A stretch of DNA of 60,737 bases, counting the filler, from Platydemus manokwari (Eukaryota): the NCBI GenBank assembly GCA_037951405.1. It is 5 parts of 5 records of this genome, joined end to end, with 100 filler letters (N's around TTAATTAATTAA, not from the genome) between each part and the next. Parts side by side here need not be neighbours in the genome. Positions count along the whole stretch, not along the records: positions 1 to 13,931 come from JBBMOY011572522.1; positions 14,032 to 27,998 come from JBBMOY011562522.1; 3 more parts are not named here. The stretch is one strand, 5' to 3'. A model generated the notes under the pieces. It was not told where the DNA came from. It searched no databases and saw only the letters and a list, made by a program, of their open reading frames with translations. The position numbers were made by a program, and so were the translations under genes. Shown here piece by piece: positions 1 to 14,083 of the stretch. Position 1 is the first letter of the stretch. Each line of letters begins with the position of its first letter.

Positions 1-1619
1 TTAACATGCAAATCCTTTAATATCTCCAAACAAGAAATATATGACTTATACCACTTTCATAATCAAGGCCACATTTATCGATTGACAAATCACAAGTTGA
101 TATCATCTCAACATGTGAACATGTTTGTTGATCACATTAGATCTATTGTCTTTCAAACAACCCATTAAAGGATTATATTTTCAATAAAATGCCTTGATGT
201 TTTTGATATTGCAGTATTTTCAGGCTCTTATGCAGTTTTTATCGACATTAAATGCTTGATCAGAAATATTCTCAATGTTTTGTCAAATCAATTTTCGAGT
301 TTCTGAAAACAATAATAAAATATAATTGCATTCACATAATTTAAAATCAATCGATACTTTAATTACCAATTACGACTAATCGATACTTCATTTGACATTT
401 TCTGGTAATCATGTTTTTATTATCAATAAATAACGTTTCGTGTTCTTTCAAATTGCATTACTGCTTTAGCAAATGACTCTAAATTTGATTGGTTGGATTG
501 TCAGAAAAATAATCTGATTGTGTTTTATAAGAAACCGTTAAATATAGATTGATAGTTTGACTGATTATGATTTTTGACAAAAATTATTCCTGATTGCATA
601 GAAGCTCTAAGATACAGCGCGTTATTAATTTTTAAACTCATTTAGCTATTTTTAATTAATTTGATGAGTAGAAAATAACTTTATTTAATAAACATGGAAC
701 AGGAACATTGGAATTAATTCAGTCACTCGTGCTAGTTAATGTTAACTTCCAATTCCGTTCGATCCAGGTATCACATATTTTGACATTGATCGATGTACTC
801 AGCTCATTAATAGATCGTTCCTTTCAACAAACTTCTCCAATCATTAGAAAGTCGTCAGACATTTTCTGGGACAAAGATTCGATATTATATTAAGAATATC
901 TTTCTTTATTGTTTAGCTAACCTGTCAAAAATGCATGTTATTGTTGACACTACTGATATTTAAAACTAGTTTTATCTATAACTTTATACATCCAATTGCA
1001 ATCTCGTTCACCTTCTTTTAACGCCCCCAAAATGCTAATTTAACTCCATGATATTACTTATTGACCATGATACGAAGTACATTCGACAATTAAGTAGGGT
1101 TAAACTAGCTGTATACTCTCACTCAAATCATACATTTCTATATTTTGTACATTCGGATGAAGTTTAGGCTAATTCTTTTTCGATATTTTGCGACAATAAG
1201 AAAGACAATTTTAGAATTATAGATAAACTGTTTGTTAAGAGTTGTTAAACTGACAGTCTTTTTCAGCAGATTCCCTATAATTTGTATCGGTTGTTATTCT
1301 TCTTATCACTATGCCCATGATCTTTTCATATCAAGGAATTTATAGAAATCTAAAAGCTTCACATCTGATAAAAATTTAAGTCAAACATGAAATTCCATTC
1401 ATATTTTTCACCCAACGTAACTAATGCAACAGTTCTTGGTTTGTGTAGATATTGAAATGAATATATCACTCAACAAACAACCACATTACATAATTTTACT
1501 TCACTTCGATCTTCTGGTCAGTATAAAGTAAGTATGCGAAACACTTCTAATTTGATAGTAGAATTTATTTTGATAGTTACTCATCAATTATTGTGGCAGT
1601 GAAAAAGTACATTCAATTA

Positions 1620-2000
1620 TCAACGGCCTATATAACAATTATGATATTCCTTTTCTATTATACATGTTCTGCTAATATAAAAAGGCTCACTACAATGATT
1701 TACACTTTTAATGTCTAAATTGATTCGCTCTTGAATGAAAACATATTAATGACACCAAAATACTAGATCATCTTATTAACAGATGACACACAAATTATTG
1801 CTGATTCTAAAATTGACCTTCAATAAATTATAATTGATGTTTCCCGAGTAGCAATATACTTTGGATTTAATTTGAAGTCTGGAAATACATTTATCTTTGG
1901 AACACTGAAGTAGGTCTTCTAAATAAATAAAGAGCTTATAATGTACAAAATGAAATACCAGAACTCCGAATGGAGGATCACTATATTGGGTTTGATTCTT
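1620..2000 (+). mobile_element. Decayed non-LTR reverse-transcriptase fragment
   Basis: LLTDDTQIIADSKIDLQ*II.DVSRVAIYFGFNLK resembles the YADD region of non-LTR RTs. Heavily mutated. Confidence 0.35.
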
Positions 2001-2569
2001 TTACTTTTTTGGACGTTACGATATTTAGTTTCACGAATATCTTATTAACGCTTAGCATTTTTATATCAATCTTCTGTTGTTTTTGGTGAACCTTTTCAAC
2101 CTAATAAATAGTTAAAGCGGAAGTTACTAATTTCTCTTTAGGATATTACGAGATTTAATACCATAGTCTTATAATTAAATGGCAATTTCGTTATTTTACC
2201 TATAACCTATTTTACCTATTTTACTCTACACCTTTTATATAAATGGCTGTAATTTGTTATTATAACAGGAGCAAAAATTAAATTATACAACACGATATAT
2301 GTCGAAAATTTATTAACAACATAACAGTCATTAACGCAAACCCCCGTCTGATTGGATGTCACATGAAATTTCGACTTAATAAAGTCTCAAAAACGAACTT
2401 TTATATAAAATAACCTATATTTTTACTTAATCTTTCGAAAAGGAATCTTTTCAAGTGATTATATATTATCTAGTGATTATAAATATCAAGGAATAATTTC
2501 TTTGAATCGTGAAATAAATCAGTAAAAACTTCTAGTAATCGTTGATATTTATTTCTCGAGCTCCAAATA

Positions 2570-3300
2570 TTTGTTGGGTATTGGTGATCAACAGCCACAT
2601 TTGATGGTTGAAATTGACAGTTCTTTTTACCGCGATATTTTAGTCAGTGTATAATTCTGTTTGACTACATTGAAATAATCAGTAATATTAAAAATGATGA
2701 GGAAACATTTCTTGTGGAGTAATTTTGTAGGAACGAAAAAAATATTTGAGTGTTTAATTTAATTTGTAATTCACAATTCCAGAGAAGCATTGCTGGTAAA
2801 TAAATTCTTTAAACACAACACACTCTTTTAAAATAAATTAAACTCCTTTAAAATATATTATAAACAAGAAAAATCCAATTATATAGAAACCCAATACAAT
2901 AATTTAACCATCGAATTAATTCATAGCTCATTGGAAAAGAAAAATAATTTCTTACTCCCAGATAAACAAATGAAAATAAGTGTATCTGACAGAATATATC
3001 CGTTAGTTAGAAAACAATATATATATATATATATATGAGTGGAATAACGTTGACTTGGCTCACTTGAAAAGAAACCATTAAGGAACAGTCATGTGAATTA
3101 GCCCATTACGAAATGATCCGAAGCTGATTTTTTCCTCTTTGTTATATGTCCAATTTTTCTCTAGCTGGTGGACAGAAAAGGGCGTTTGGCATTCCATAGA
3201 ATCATATAGTAAATTCTTCTTGAACCCTGATACTGCACCAATAAAACAAAGGAGAGTGTGTTGTATCACAATCTTCAATGGAATAGATAGGACATTTTTA
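2570..3300 (+). mobile_element. Decayed Merlin/IS1016-type transposase relic
   Basis: Relic peptides GIGDQQPHLMVEIDSSF (compare GG..VEIDES.F), FLVE..RN and SKFFLNPDT (compare HS..FV.P.TG) occur in the expected order, with stops. Confidence 0.4.
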
Positions 3301-3436
3301 TGCATTCCCAAACATTGTATTTGTTGTCAAATTTTGTAACAATAATATTTGTATTTTTTATTACTTCTTTATATTCTTGTAAAACATTTCGGTTTGATTG
3401 ATTTGCTATGTTTAATAAAGTGTTCAATATATTAAA

Positions 3437-4939
3437 TGTTATGGTTGGATTGGTTTATTTTATTTCTATACTGGCTCTTAACGGGCTTCAATAATGGGTA
3501 TGAGGACCAAGTTATCGGAAACTATTACTGTTGTGGTTTAAAGGTTTTTAGTAAAGCCAAGGTGACGAATACCTTAGCCGAATAAAATTTAATAGTGATA
3601 AGAAACCGGTCGATTATGCTGAAATATGAAGTTAATAAAATAACCGTTCCAATTTCACCGAGTACTATACAAGTACTATGTACTTTAGTTTGTGTATCTA
3701 CTATGAGGTATTAAATCCAAAAGTCGAATGACAATTACTTTTTGAAAATAAAAAGGAACACTAATCGAAATGATGAACACAAATAAATGAGAAAATGGCC
3801 CTCACATTGTCTCAGCAAGTAGCCAGCAAAATCCGAAACGGGTGTTGAAGAGGTCTAATGAATAGGAGATAAATTGGGAGATTTATGATTCGTTAATTAT
3901 CATATAGTTTATCAACTATGAATGTAAGAATATGTTCTCAATAGATTATCAATTGTAATTATTAAATATAAATGAATTATCTTTAGTAATAGAATTTAAG
4001 TAATTAGAAACCAAGGCGACACAAATGAAATGATATCTAGTATAATAATTAAATGACCCTTACTCGGCTCAGTTATTGAAAAACAAATTCTCTTCGTAGA
4101 AAATTTCTGCTGGAACATAATAATCCTCCTTGAGTTTAGGTGGTTCCGTGTTTTCCACTTCCGCAATAACTTTGCCGCAATGCTTTCCGACTTGGTTCAA
4201 GATATATCACTTCTTTTCTGAATCAATGATTTGTTTATCGATATAACGCTATGCTTCTATTTGCAAATCAACTATCCTGGTGATCTATTTTTCAACAGTG
4301 TGTTCGGCTCTGTTTTCAACTTGGTATTTAAACCGTGCTGTGCCGTCCCACCCAATACTATTTTTAGTAATCCGTTCGCGTTTGTTAACGACCTCCACTT
4401 TTCATTTGCATATTTGTGCCTTATCTTGGTATTGTTTTTGATATAATTTTCTATTTTTTTGTTTAATATATATATTTAATTGGGATTTTTGCGTATCAAT
4501 ACATTTAATATTCCTTGTGTCGATATTCTATTTTTCCTAAATCTACCAACCTTTCTCCCTTCGCTTTCTTACATTGTAAAAGATAACATTATAAAGGATA
4601 TCAAATTGTGTGAAACATAAAATTGTCATTATTGTTGATCATGACACATAAACCATAATAATTATCATAAAACACAAGAGTTATCATCATTATGAAATTG
4701 TCACACAAGGTTTTGCAGCAGCAATAAACGCTTTTGACAATTTGAAAATTGGGATTTAGAAGGCTCTATTTCGAAATTGAACTGGATTTGAACTTGGGTC
4801 CATTTTTCATTCACAGTCAAAGGTTAAGGCATACGTAGGCACTTTTTATGCTCGTAATTGTGCTATATGCAGGATTAAAAGTAAACTGTGCTATGTAGGG
4901 GGTTAAATATATCCTTGTGCTCGGGTGGGACTCCCAACA
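3437..4939. mobile_element. Solo-LTR-like ~1.5-kb repeat (family X, copy 1)
   Basis: TGTT...CCCAACA ends. Colinear conserved blocks shared with 52204-53555: GCTTCAATAAyGGGTATGArGACC, AAAGGTTTTTAG, CTCAGCAAGTAGCCAG, a pyrimidine tract plus TTACATT, and GGTGGGxxTCCCAACA. No clean TSD. Confidence 0.6.
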
Positions 4940-5396
4940 AATATAACATCATTTACCGGTATATTTACCAATCATAATCATAGTCTATCATTACTGTCTA
5001 TTTTTATTATTTATTAGTTAAATTTCAGAATTCAAATACCGCCATTTATTTGGAGACGTAAACCATAGTTACAATCCAGATCGTTAAGATCATTTTAGTA
5101 GAGCGGGTTAAATAGACCATTAACGCCACACCATTAATATCAATAACATTGTACTGTGTCGAGACGGATATAAGTTATAAATTTATCAAGGTATTGTCAG
5201 GTATAGATCGGATTCGAACTCAGAGACTGAATAAGACGCTAAAATAGTTTTTACAAAAATCAATTATTCGTCAATTGTGTGCCTTTGTCAGTTTTATGTA
5301 TAATTTTCATTAATTTTTTGAGCATTGGTTTTCTGATAATTTTGCATATTTAATTGAAAATATTTATCATTAATTATGGCCAGATTTTAATTGATT

Positions 5397-5441
5397 TATC
5401 CCATTTGTTATCCCATTTGCTATCCCATATGATATCCAATT
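5397..5441 (+). repeat. 12-bp minisatellite (TATCCCATTTGY) x~4
   Basis: Read directly from the sequence. Confidence 0.8.
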
Positions 5442-6004
5442 GTCAACATTCCAGTTTGCGTAAATTTATTTATTTTTACTTAATTTATATTATAATTTTA
5501 TCTAAATATTATTATCAATATTATTAAATAATAAAAATCGCGACATACTTTCTTTCAAATAAAAGCCCATTTTTTATCTAAGATGAAATAATAGATTTAT
5601 CTCGATAATCACATATGATAGATAAAAATATTCCATTGCGTAATCATAAAAATAAAGGGGTATATAAAAGAAAAATAAAGATAAGAATAATGTTTATTGT
5701 TCGTTTATGTTAGCTGAATCAAATTTAAGTCTTTATTGATCTGGACTAATGGATTCTTCTTGGAACTATAACCTTCTCTAAGTTGTTGAGATCAGTAGTA
5801 TGTTCATAATTATTATTGATTTGGTTTTAAACCGATCTGGATTCTTAGAGTTTAATGAGAATGTTTTGTGTTGGTCCTTATTTTCTCGCACAGAAATTTG
5901 TGTTTTTTGAGCACGCATTTGTTGAAGTGAAGCTCTTTTAGAGAGCACAAAGCGAGTAATTTTTAACTATTTATTTGCTCAATAATTTCCATAGTGTTGT
6001 TGTA

Positions 6005-6600
6005 CTCATTCATTCATTCATTCCCTCCTTCACAGGTTTTTCGATCGTGACTGATGTCGTAGCTTAACTTTATTATATTTATTGATTACTGTAGTTAATA
6101 TTTCCGTATGGATAACCGAAGAGAACGCCTATCTTAATTTTTTCCGAGGTCAATATTATTGCTTTTTGAGATGTATTTGTTCTATTCTTATTTCTTTAAA
6201 ATGGAAGATGAAACACAAACTAATTCATAGTACATACATTTCAACAGTGTCGACCGTTCGTATTTCTCTCTTATTCCTGAATTAATCTTTCAGTAACCAA
6301 CCTTCGAGAGTCCTTTTAAGCTTTTCGAATGCTGCTAATGAGAGTAAATCTTATATTGGTTTCTTCCTTAATTTGAATTTTGTAACGTCAACTGATATAT
6401 AAACTCAGTCTTCTAAATATTAAAGGAAAAATATTCTAAAACTAAGTCTAAGCCTTAGCTGTTAGGATAAAGATTAATGTGCTTATTTGCAGTTGTAAGG
6501 AGATATATTTTGTAAACCGCTCACTAAGATTCTCGGAAACTATTTTCTCTAAGAAGATAAAATTTCCAAATCTGATGATTATCTCTTTTCCTTGGGTTAA
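6005..6600 (-). mobile_element. Decayed LINE 3' fragment
   Basis: A minus-strand relic resembling the RT thumb region (AAFEKLK) ends in a (GAAT)n tail at 6005-6023. Confidence 0.3.
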
Positions 6601-6954
6601 GTTTATATTGGGCCTCTTCTTCTATTTAAAGACCATATTTAAAATGAAAAAATAGATACAAAAAACAAAAAAAATATTGATTTTTTGAAAATGTAAAACA
6701 AATCGATTGCATTCATAATCATTAATTGCCAAGCAAAAATATTTATAAAATCGAATTATTAAATTTTAAAAATTCTCAAATAAATCATTTCTTTGTCGAA
6801 ATAAAAGAGCTAATTTGAAAGTAAAAACTATTAGATATTCAGAATAATATTTATTTATCAATTACATCATAGCACCAAATATAAATTCTAAAAGTACAAA
6901 TTCCAATCTTAAACGAAAAGTTCAAATGCGATAGCAAGTTCGTTTCCAATTCTC

Positions 6955-9931
6955 TTATTTCCAATAATCATCTTCGTGGATCTGAAAAACATTGGGCCGC
7001 AACTCTTTGCTATATGTACAACATTTACGAATAAAATCCTAAAAGTATAAATAAAATATTAAACAAAAAAACCCAATAAATTTAGATTATTGATCAGTTG
7101 TCCTTGAAATCGTCTTTCAAGATTTATGATGTATAATTCGAATAAAATTTTAAAATGCTTTTGCTAACTCACCTTTGTGGCATCACTGATTTTGGGACCA
7201 GCAGGAAAATGAATATCTTTAGCTTGGAGAATGGTGTTGTTGTGAAGAATATCAGTCTGAGTCATATTGTTACCAAATGGCTGCAAAATCATTAAATGAG
7301 GTATAAAAATACAATTTTATCCAATAAAACCTTTTTGCCATAAAGGCACTGATAGAAAATCACTCCCACGGACCAAACATCTACCTTATTAGATATTTTT
7401 GGTGGTCCATTGTTGATGACAAAACATTCCGGTGGTAAATACCAATATGTGCCGGCACCCTGACTTGTCAGTTCCATTCCATCGGGATTGTGATGATCAT
7501 CGGGGAAGATCTTACTCAAACCGAAATCAGTGATTTTGATTTCTGGATAATCGCATAGCAGAATATTTCCAGGTTTAAGATCGTAATGAATAATGGGATT
7601 TTTGCGATCATTTAAGTATCTGAGTGCGTCGACTAGTTGATAGATTAACGATTTTGCTTCGCGTTCTGGAATGCATTTGTTTTGTTTGAGATAAAAATCC
7701 AGATCATTTCCTTCACAATATTCCAAAACCGTACAGAAAGCATCATTGTCAATATTAAATACATCATGAACTCGAACAATACATTCGTGATGGAGACTTT
7801 TGTGAATCGATATTTCACGCAAGGCATGTTTGATATAACTGTCTTTCTTGTCTTGTGACCATCTTGGATTTAATTCATGAATTTTACAAGCAACGAAACA
7901 CAGCTGATCGAGGTCGTATCCTTTGTGAACCTCGGAGAATCCTCCTTTGCCAAGAAGTGAGAGGATTAAATATCTGTCATTTAATATAGGATAATCTCGA
8001 AACCGTGATGATTCTTCGTTATCTGTTCTTTTTATTTCTCTTATATGAAGATTACGCTTTCGATCGAGTCGTTCAATTTCGGCTTGGAGATCTTTTTCTT
8101 CGTCATTTATGTGTGACCTACGAATATCACATATTTCTTTTAATTTCATTTGCTTTCTGGGATTTATTCTACACATCTATAATAATAATCAGAAATTAAT
8201 ATTAATTTATTTACTCTGGGTATGTTTTTTGTGTATTTTGTTTTAACTTTTCACTCGCAGATTTACACTTGTTCAACATTTTCCTTAATTTGTCATTTTC
8301 ATCTCTGCGCTTCTCAAGATTTTTACGTTTTCTGTAGATATTAATTAATGGAACACAATATTTAAAAACTATTTAACTTTTCAATGGCTTTATATTCCAA
8401 ACCTTCATACCATTTATCCTCAAAATAAGCACCTTGACTGAATTTCTGAAATTTCCCAATTTTCAGTTTGTTTTCATGGACCAGTTCCATTGCATACTGT
8501 CTTTCTATTTCATTCTATAATCATCTAATGTCATTTTAAATATCCAGAATTTCAATTCGAACTTGTTCTATCAGAGTTTTAATTCGTTCTTCTCGACTTT
8601 TTTTTCGATCATTTCTATATTGTTCAATTTCTTTATCTGCTTCTTCAATTTTTTGCTCGAGATGTAATAATTTGACTTGTAAACTATTTATGACGACATC
8701 ACTGTCGTTATTGAATGAGACATCATTATAATTAGTTGGATGTTTGCAATTATCATTGTTCTGATCAGGATGATTGGATTGGTCTGAGTTAACAGCATCT
8801 TTTTTCATGCTGGGTTTTTTGAATGTTTTCAAGATTTTATTACTTTTATTATTTTTCGGAGTAACCTGTTGTTTTAAATATAATTAGCATTGAAATAAGA
8901 CATCATTTGTTCAAAACCGATTTAATAAAATATATAATTATCCATAAACAAGTATTAATAATAATTAATCGGAAATCAAAAACTTTGTCAATAAATAATA
9001 TTATTATGGGAAACATAATTCACACTCACCACAGGATGTATTTCATGCGTAATGTCAATTGAGCCATCGCTACCACAATTCTTGGGCGGTGGAGAGAGTG
9101 GTTGTTGTTGTTGAAGAACATTTGGTATTTGGGTCTAATAAAGATGTGTTAAATAAGACAAGATAAAAATAAATTCTTTCCAAGATTTATTGGCAACAAG
9201 AAATTAAATTGCAGTAAATTATAATAGAAATGATAAAATAATATTTACCTTGAATATTTCATCAATGCGTTTTTCATTGCGATAACCTAATAATAAATAT
9301 CAATGAAAAATAAGCATTTTATAACTCAGACAAGTGTTTAACATAGGAAATAATTAAGAAGCCCCAATGATTTACATGCATTAATTAACGTGTAATATCG
9401 AACGTTTTTAAATTTTAAAAAATCGTGATTAAAAAATCTTATTAAATAATTTGATAAATATAGATTTGATGAAAACATTGTAATAATCGATAATAAAATC
9501 TTACAAAACTTTTTGCTTCTTTCTGATTCAAATTTGTTGGTGTTTCTACGCTTTCCCTTTGATTGTTGTCTATTGGGTGAAGAAAATGGATCGATTTCGA
9601 CCTGTGAATTGTTAATTATCATTTTATCGTTATTATTATTAATAGGTGTTTCAATGATGCAATCTGTTGTCGAATTATTAGCATCATTTATCAAGCATGT
9701 ACTTGATGTAGAATTATCATTGATTGTTGTGGATTCGTCGGAAAACAAATTGGAAACACTGTTTATATTAATCGTTAATTCTGTTTCCACATTGGCTTCG
9801 AATTTTTGATTTGATGAGTTACTTTCTTGTGAATTTGAATTGGTATTTACATTATTATAACTTGAGCTTGTTGATAACATTCGAGATTCCAATAATTGCT
9901 GTTTTGTTGAATCAATAAATCGAGAGTCCAT
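6955..9931 (-). CDS. TLK: Tousled-like serine/threonine kinase (9 exons, ~718 aa)
   Basis: Exons rebuilt with GT-AG and in-frame joins: 9931-9505, 9286-9249, 9134-9030, 8865-8563, 8514-8378, 8331-8215, 8168-7331, 7280-7173, 7038-6955 (TAA). TLK-diagnostic motifs: [81 protein letters not shown]. Confidence 0.95.
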
Positions 9932-12900
9932 TGATATAATTGATCACACAAGAGTATACAATAAATATCCAACAATATTTTAAAATTAAAAACAAAATAT
10001 TAATAATTTTTAACAATGTTTATTTTTAATAATAATAATAATAATAATAACATCACGTTTTATAATATCCAGAATAATTTTTAAATCAATATTATTTTTC
10101 TCTCAACATTTTAGCAATACAAATACTTTATCTCGTTTAAATTAAATTTCTTTTATAATTTTTCACGGTGATCTTTCCAAATTCATTCCATTACAATATT
10201 TGATTATTCCAATCAAATAACATTTCGGTTTTTTTGATCTAATTAAAATAATTATCTGATAAACAAAAGTATTGATTGATTGCAAACATATGTTGTTGTG
10301 AAAAAATCTGCAAAAATTTTTATACAAACTGATTCGATTGAGAAAGTTGTTGATTCGATAAAAATTGGAATCGAATATCATTTAATAAAACTAATATACT
10401 TGTTCGAATATACTAAATTTTGATAAAATAATTTGCCACATATATGATTTGTGATCACAATGATAATGTCCTACATGTTCATCAACAACGTTGCAGTTAT
10501 TTATAAAATCTTATCCAAAATTAAAGCGAGTTATTTCAAAAAATATTGTTGATTTTCAGAGTTATTTTCGTTGCTATGGTATCCTGTGATGGATTTTTTC
10601 TTTTCCACATATATTACATATTTTATCACAACATATATTTCATCACTGAACAGGTTCTTCAATTCGAAGTTTTACGTTATTTTAGAAAAAAACTAATCAC
10701 GAAGATCAATAAGAATATTAGGTTCTCGCTACATAAACTAAATGGTGAATTTAACATCTCCATTTTTTGTTCATGAAATGCAAATTGTTGACAAAAAAAT
10801 ATGTTCGTAATCATCTTGTAATTAAGCAAATCCTTTTTATCCAGTCTTTAATCTTTGCTATATGCTTCATCAGTTCACCATAATAAAACATTTGAAAATA
10901 TAACGACTGTTTTGCTATTCTGTCTCTTTAATTTTATTAAGAAAGACTCTAATCAAACTGTGATCTGTAATTATTGCCGGTTATTTGACATCCTTATTTA
11001 TTCTTCGAATTACACCTTAGTCTTCAGTATTTGTTTTGAATAAGGTTTTCCTTTTACTTCGTTGCTGTGAATTGCAACAATGAGTATAAAATACGGTACA
11101 GAATGAGCGCGCTATTTATATAGTTCGGGCTATGCCCTAATAGTTTATTACTAATTTGACTTTTGAATCGCAATGTCATTACAACATGATCAAGCATTAT
11201 ACATGATAGTCTGTTGATATTTAAATTCTAAAACACAAGACTGAAATAATATTCCATAACTGATATAATTTTAAAGTAATATCTTACTTGAATTGATAAT
11301 TGTGTTACCCATTCAAAGAATTTTAAACAAAAAATTACTGTAATGTAAGAAAATCAATATTTGTATTAAACAAACTGGTTAGAAAGGTAGTCAACCAGGT
11401 ACGATTCAGTTAATGAACATTCTTTTGGTTGGTATAAATTTGAAAATATAATAAAGTTTAGAATATATTTTTTCCTCAATTATCTACGACAAGACTCTTT
11501 ACTTTTTTCAAAATTATCTCTTTTATCTTTCAATAATTTAACAAGCTAATATTTTTTAGTTTTTTGTAAATATTCATGTCAGAGACTAAGAAATATTTTG
11601 TGAGCGATTTTCTGTTTTTTATACCATTTCCTTTTATATTATCTGCTTATGGGGATTATGAATAATGGATTTTATTATTTTCTTTTCTCTGTCGGTTTAT
11701 CAAATCATTTTATTTGTATACTCTGATAATTATATTTATTTTAATTTGATTATGATCTTGAATTATTATTACTAGAGTTAATTTTTTAATTAAGATTAGT
11801 CAGCATTTGATATATTGCCTTCTGGCTTGCTACCGTAACTATGGTGAAAAACGAGATCAGCGGAGAAGTAGTTTAGAAAGAAGTCAAATATTCCTCGATA
11901 AATTTGACCAGGTTAGATTATTGCCATTAATTAAAATACATAAAAAATTACCCATAGCTTCTGAAGTGCTTCTTCTGTAATTACACTGAAAATCATCAAT
12001 TTTTATTGTGACAAAAATCTTTTGCATTTTGTGATTTTTCAGTTCGCCTCATGGACAATTTTCTGTGTTTCTCTTATTGGTATTTATTTGTGATTAGTTG
12101 TGTCTGTTTATTCGTATTTATTATGATTGGTTACCATAACAACTATGTAATTGTCCCTTCATGAAAATTTAATAAAGGAAAATATGATATGGGTATTAAA
12201 AAAAAATTACTATAAATTAAAAAAAACTGTATAAATCAATGATGTAACAATTCATGCAATTTTATTTCTAGATACCAATTGGTTCGAACCCTATCTATTC
12301 CACAGAATATTGAGGTTAATAGACTCCCAAGAGGAGTAAAACTAATGTTCAAGGTGTTTGAGCTACGTTAGATAAATAGGAATGACATAGATTTAAGAAT
12401 ATAATTTTATGTTTTATTTAACCCTTACGTGACTCCGTCTTCCAGTTGGAAAAACTAGACACGGACAATCTTCTCCCAATTAAATAATTAAAATATTATG
12501 ATTTACAGGTATATTAATATATCTGATTAATATTATCAATTAAAGAGGATATCTGGAAAAGATATTCATTTGTTTATAATGCTTTTTTGAGGATTATTCG
12601 TGGGTATTTTGATTAAGCTCTGTTACACGCTCATCATAGTCTATCTTTGACATTTATTGATTATCGTTATTCTGAAAATAGATGAGCATTCATACGAGTA
12701 TCTTTGCTATGGCATTTATTGATTATTTTTTACCCGATCATCGTTGTACAAAAATAATTATTTTTATACGATCTCACATTGATTGTAGCATAAAATTGAT
12801 TATTATGTGGTTATTAGAAGTCATAAAATGTTTGTCGTTATTAAAAAAAATTGTAGAGAATTTATAGAAAATGAATAAAATAAAAGAATCAATACATTGC

Positions 12901-13763
12901 CTTTGGTAGGATGCGACCGAGGCAGTTAGGAATTAAAAGTTTAGTAAATACTTATCAATAAAGCAGCGTCTAGATCGAGGAAGAACATCATAATATTGAG
13001 TTCGTGATTACCTTTTACTTGAGGGTCGTTAGAACTCCAGAATTCTGATATGACCAAGACATTGGCCGAAAAAGTCAATAAATAGGAAAAAACCAAAATA
13101 GAAAACAGACCGCAAAAATAAACACCGAAAATTGCTGAATTAATTAATAAAGCTCATTTGATAAATTTTTGCTGGTCCAAAGAGCTACTTTATCAGCGAC
13201 GCAAATTTATAATAAACGAATTAAAAGTGCCTTTCGAGCTCTAATTCCACACTAAAAATTGATATTTCCGATATATTTCATTCTATCTTACGTGTTGATA
13301 AATTTAGGTAAATTAAAAGTATGCATTGAGTGTCAATCTCGTAATAAGCTTTAATATATAGGTCAATCGTGCTTTAAGAATCGATTTTACAATGAGCATT
13401 TATAACTTGGAAAAATGGATCTAGGTTGATAAAATTGATTTCGCATTAAGCGTTGATAAATTTGTTATTTACTCTGTAAAAGGCGTTAAAAAACCATAAC
13501 TGCATTTGAAAATGGAAGAAACTGTAAAAGAAATCAATTAAGATCAGTAAACATAATAGGAAAATGAATGGAAATATTAGAGAACCCATGGAGAGTAAAG
13601 TTCTTAATTATAAATTTAGAAAGAATGATAATATAAGTAGTGGGGCACTTACGACAAATTTATAAAGGAATCAAAATCATTGAAACTTGAATGGAAATTT
13701 AAAGCTCCGATAAGTAAAAATAGAATAGGAATATAATGGGAACCGTTCAAAAAACCGATTATA

Positions 13764-13931
13764 TCAGGTTGGTGCAAAAATAATGGCCGTTATCTAATAG
13801 CAACTTTAAAAGACTATAACTCGCTTTAAAAAAAGGTTATTAATCAAAATAAAACCCATTGGATTCGATACATTTCTGCCAACGAGACAAAAGTTTAGTA
13901 ATTCCAGTGGCATAAAAATCTGGGGGCCTAG
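13764..13931 (-). mobile_element. Mariner transposon 3' end (cut by gap)
   Basis: TA followed by TIR TCAGGTTGGTGCAAAAATAATGGCCGTT. The minus strand encodes the transposase C-terminus DFYATGITKLLSRWQKCIESNGFYFD*. Confidence 0.88.
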
Positions 13932-14031
13932 NNNNNNNNNNNNNNNNNNNNNNNNNNNNNNNNNNNNNNNNNNNNTTAATTAATTAANNNNNNNNNNNNN
14001 NNNNNNNNNNNNNNNNNNNNNNNNNNNNNNN
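13932..14031. other. Assembly gap with synthetic six-frame stop linker
   Basis: 44N-TTAATTAATTAA-44N. Identical structures occur at 27999-28098, 38529-38628 and 48092-48191. Confidence 0.97.

Positions 14032-14083
<52 letters not shown>
14032..14083 (+). repeat. (TAT)n microsatellite abutting gap
   Basis: Read directly from the sequence. Confidence 0.95.

Noticed and set aside
5190-12310. B-box-like GTTCGAA motifs at ~5210 (-) and ~12282 (+) as tRNA genes
   Set aside because: No cloverleaf is evident. At most these are decayed SINE heads.
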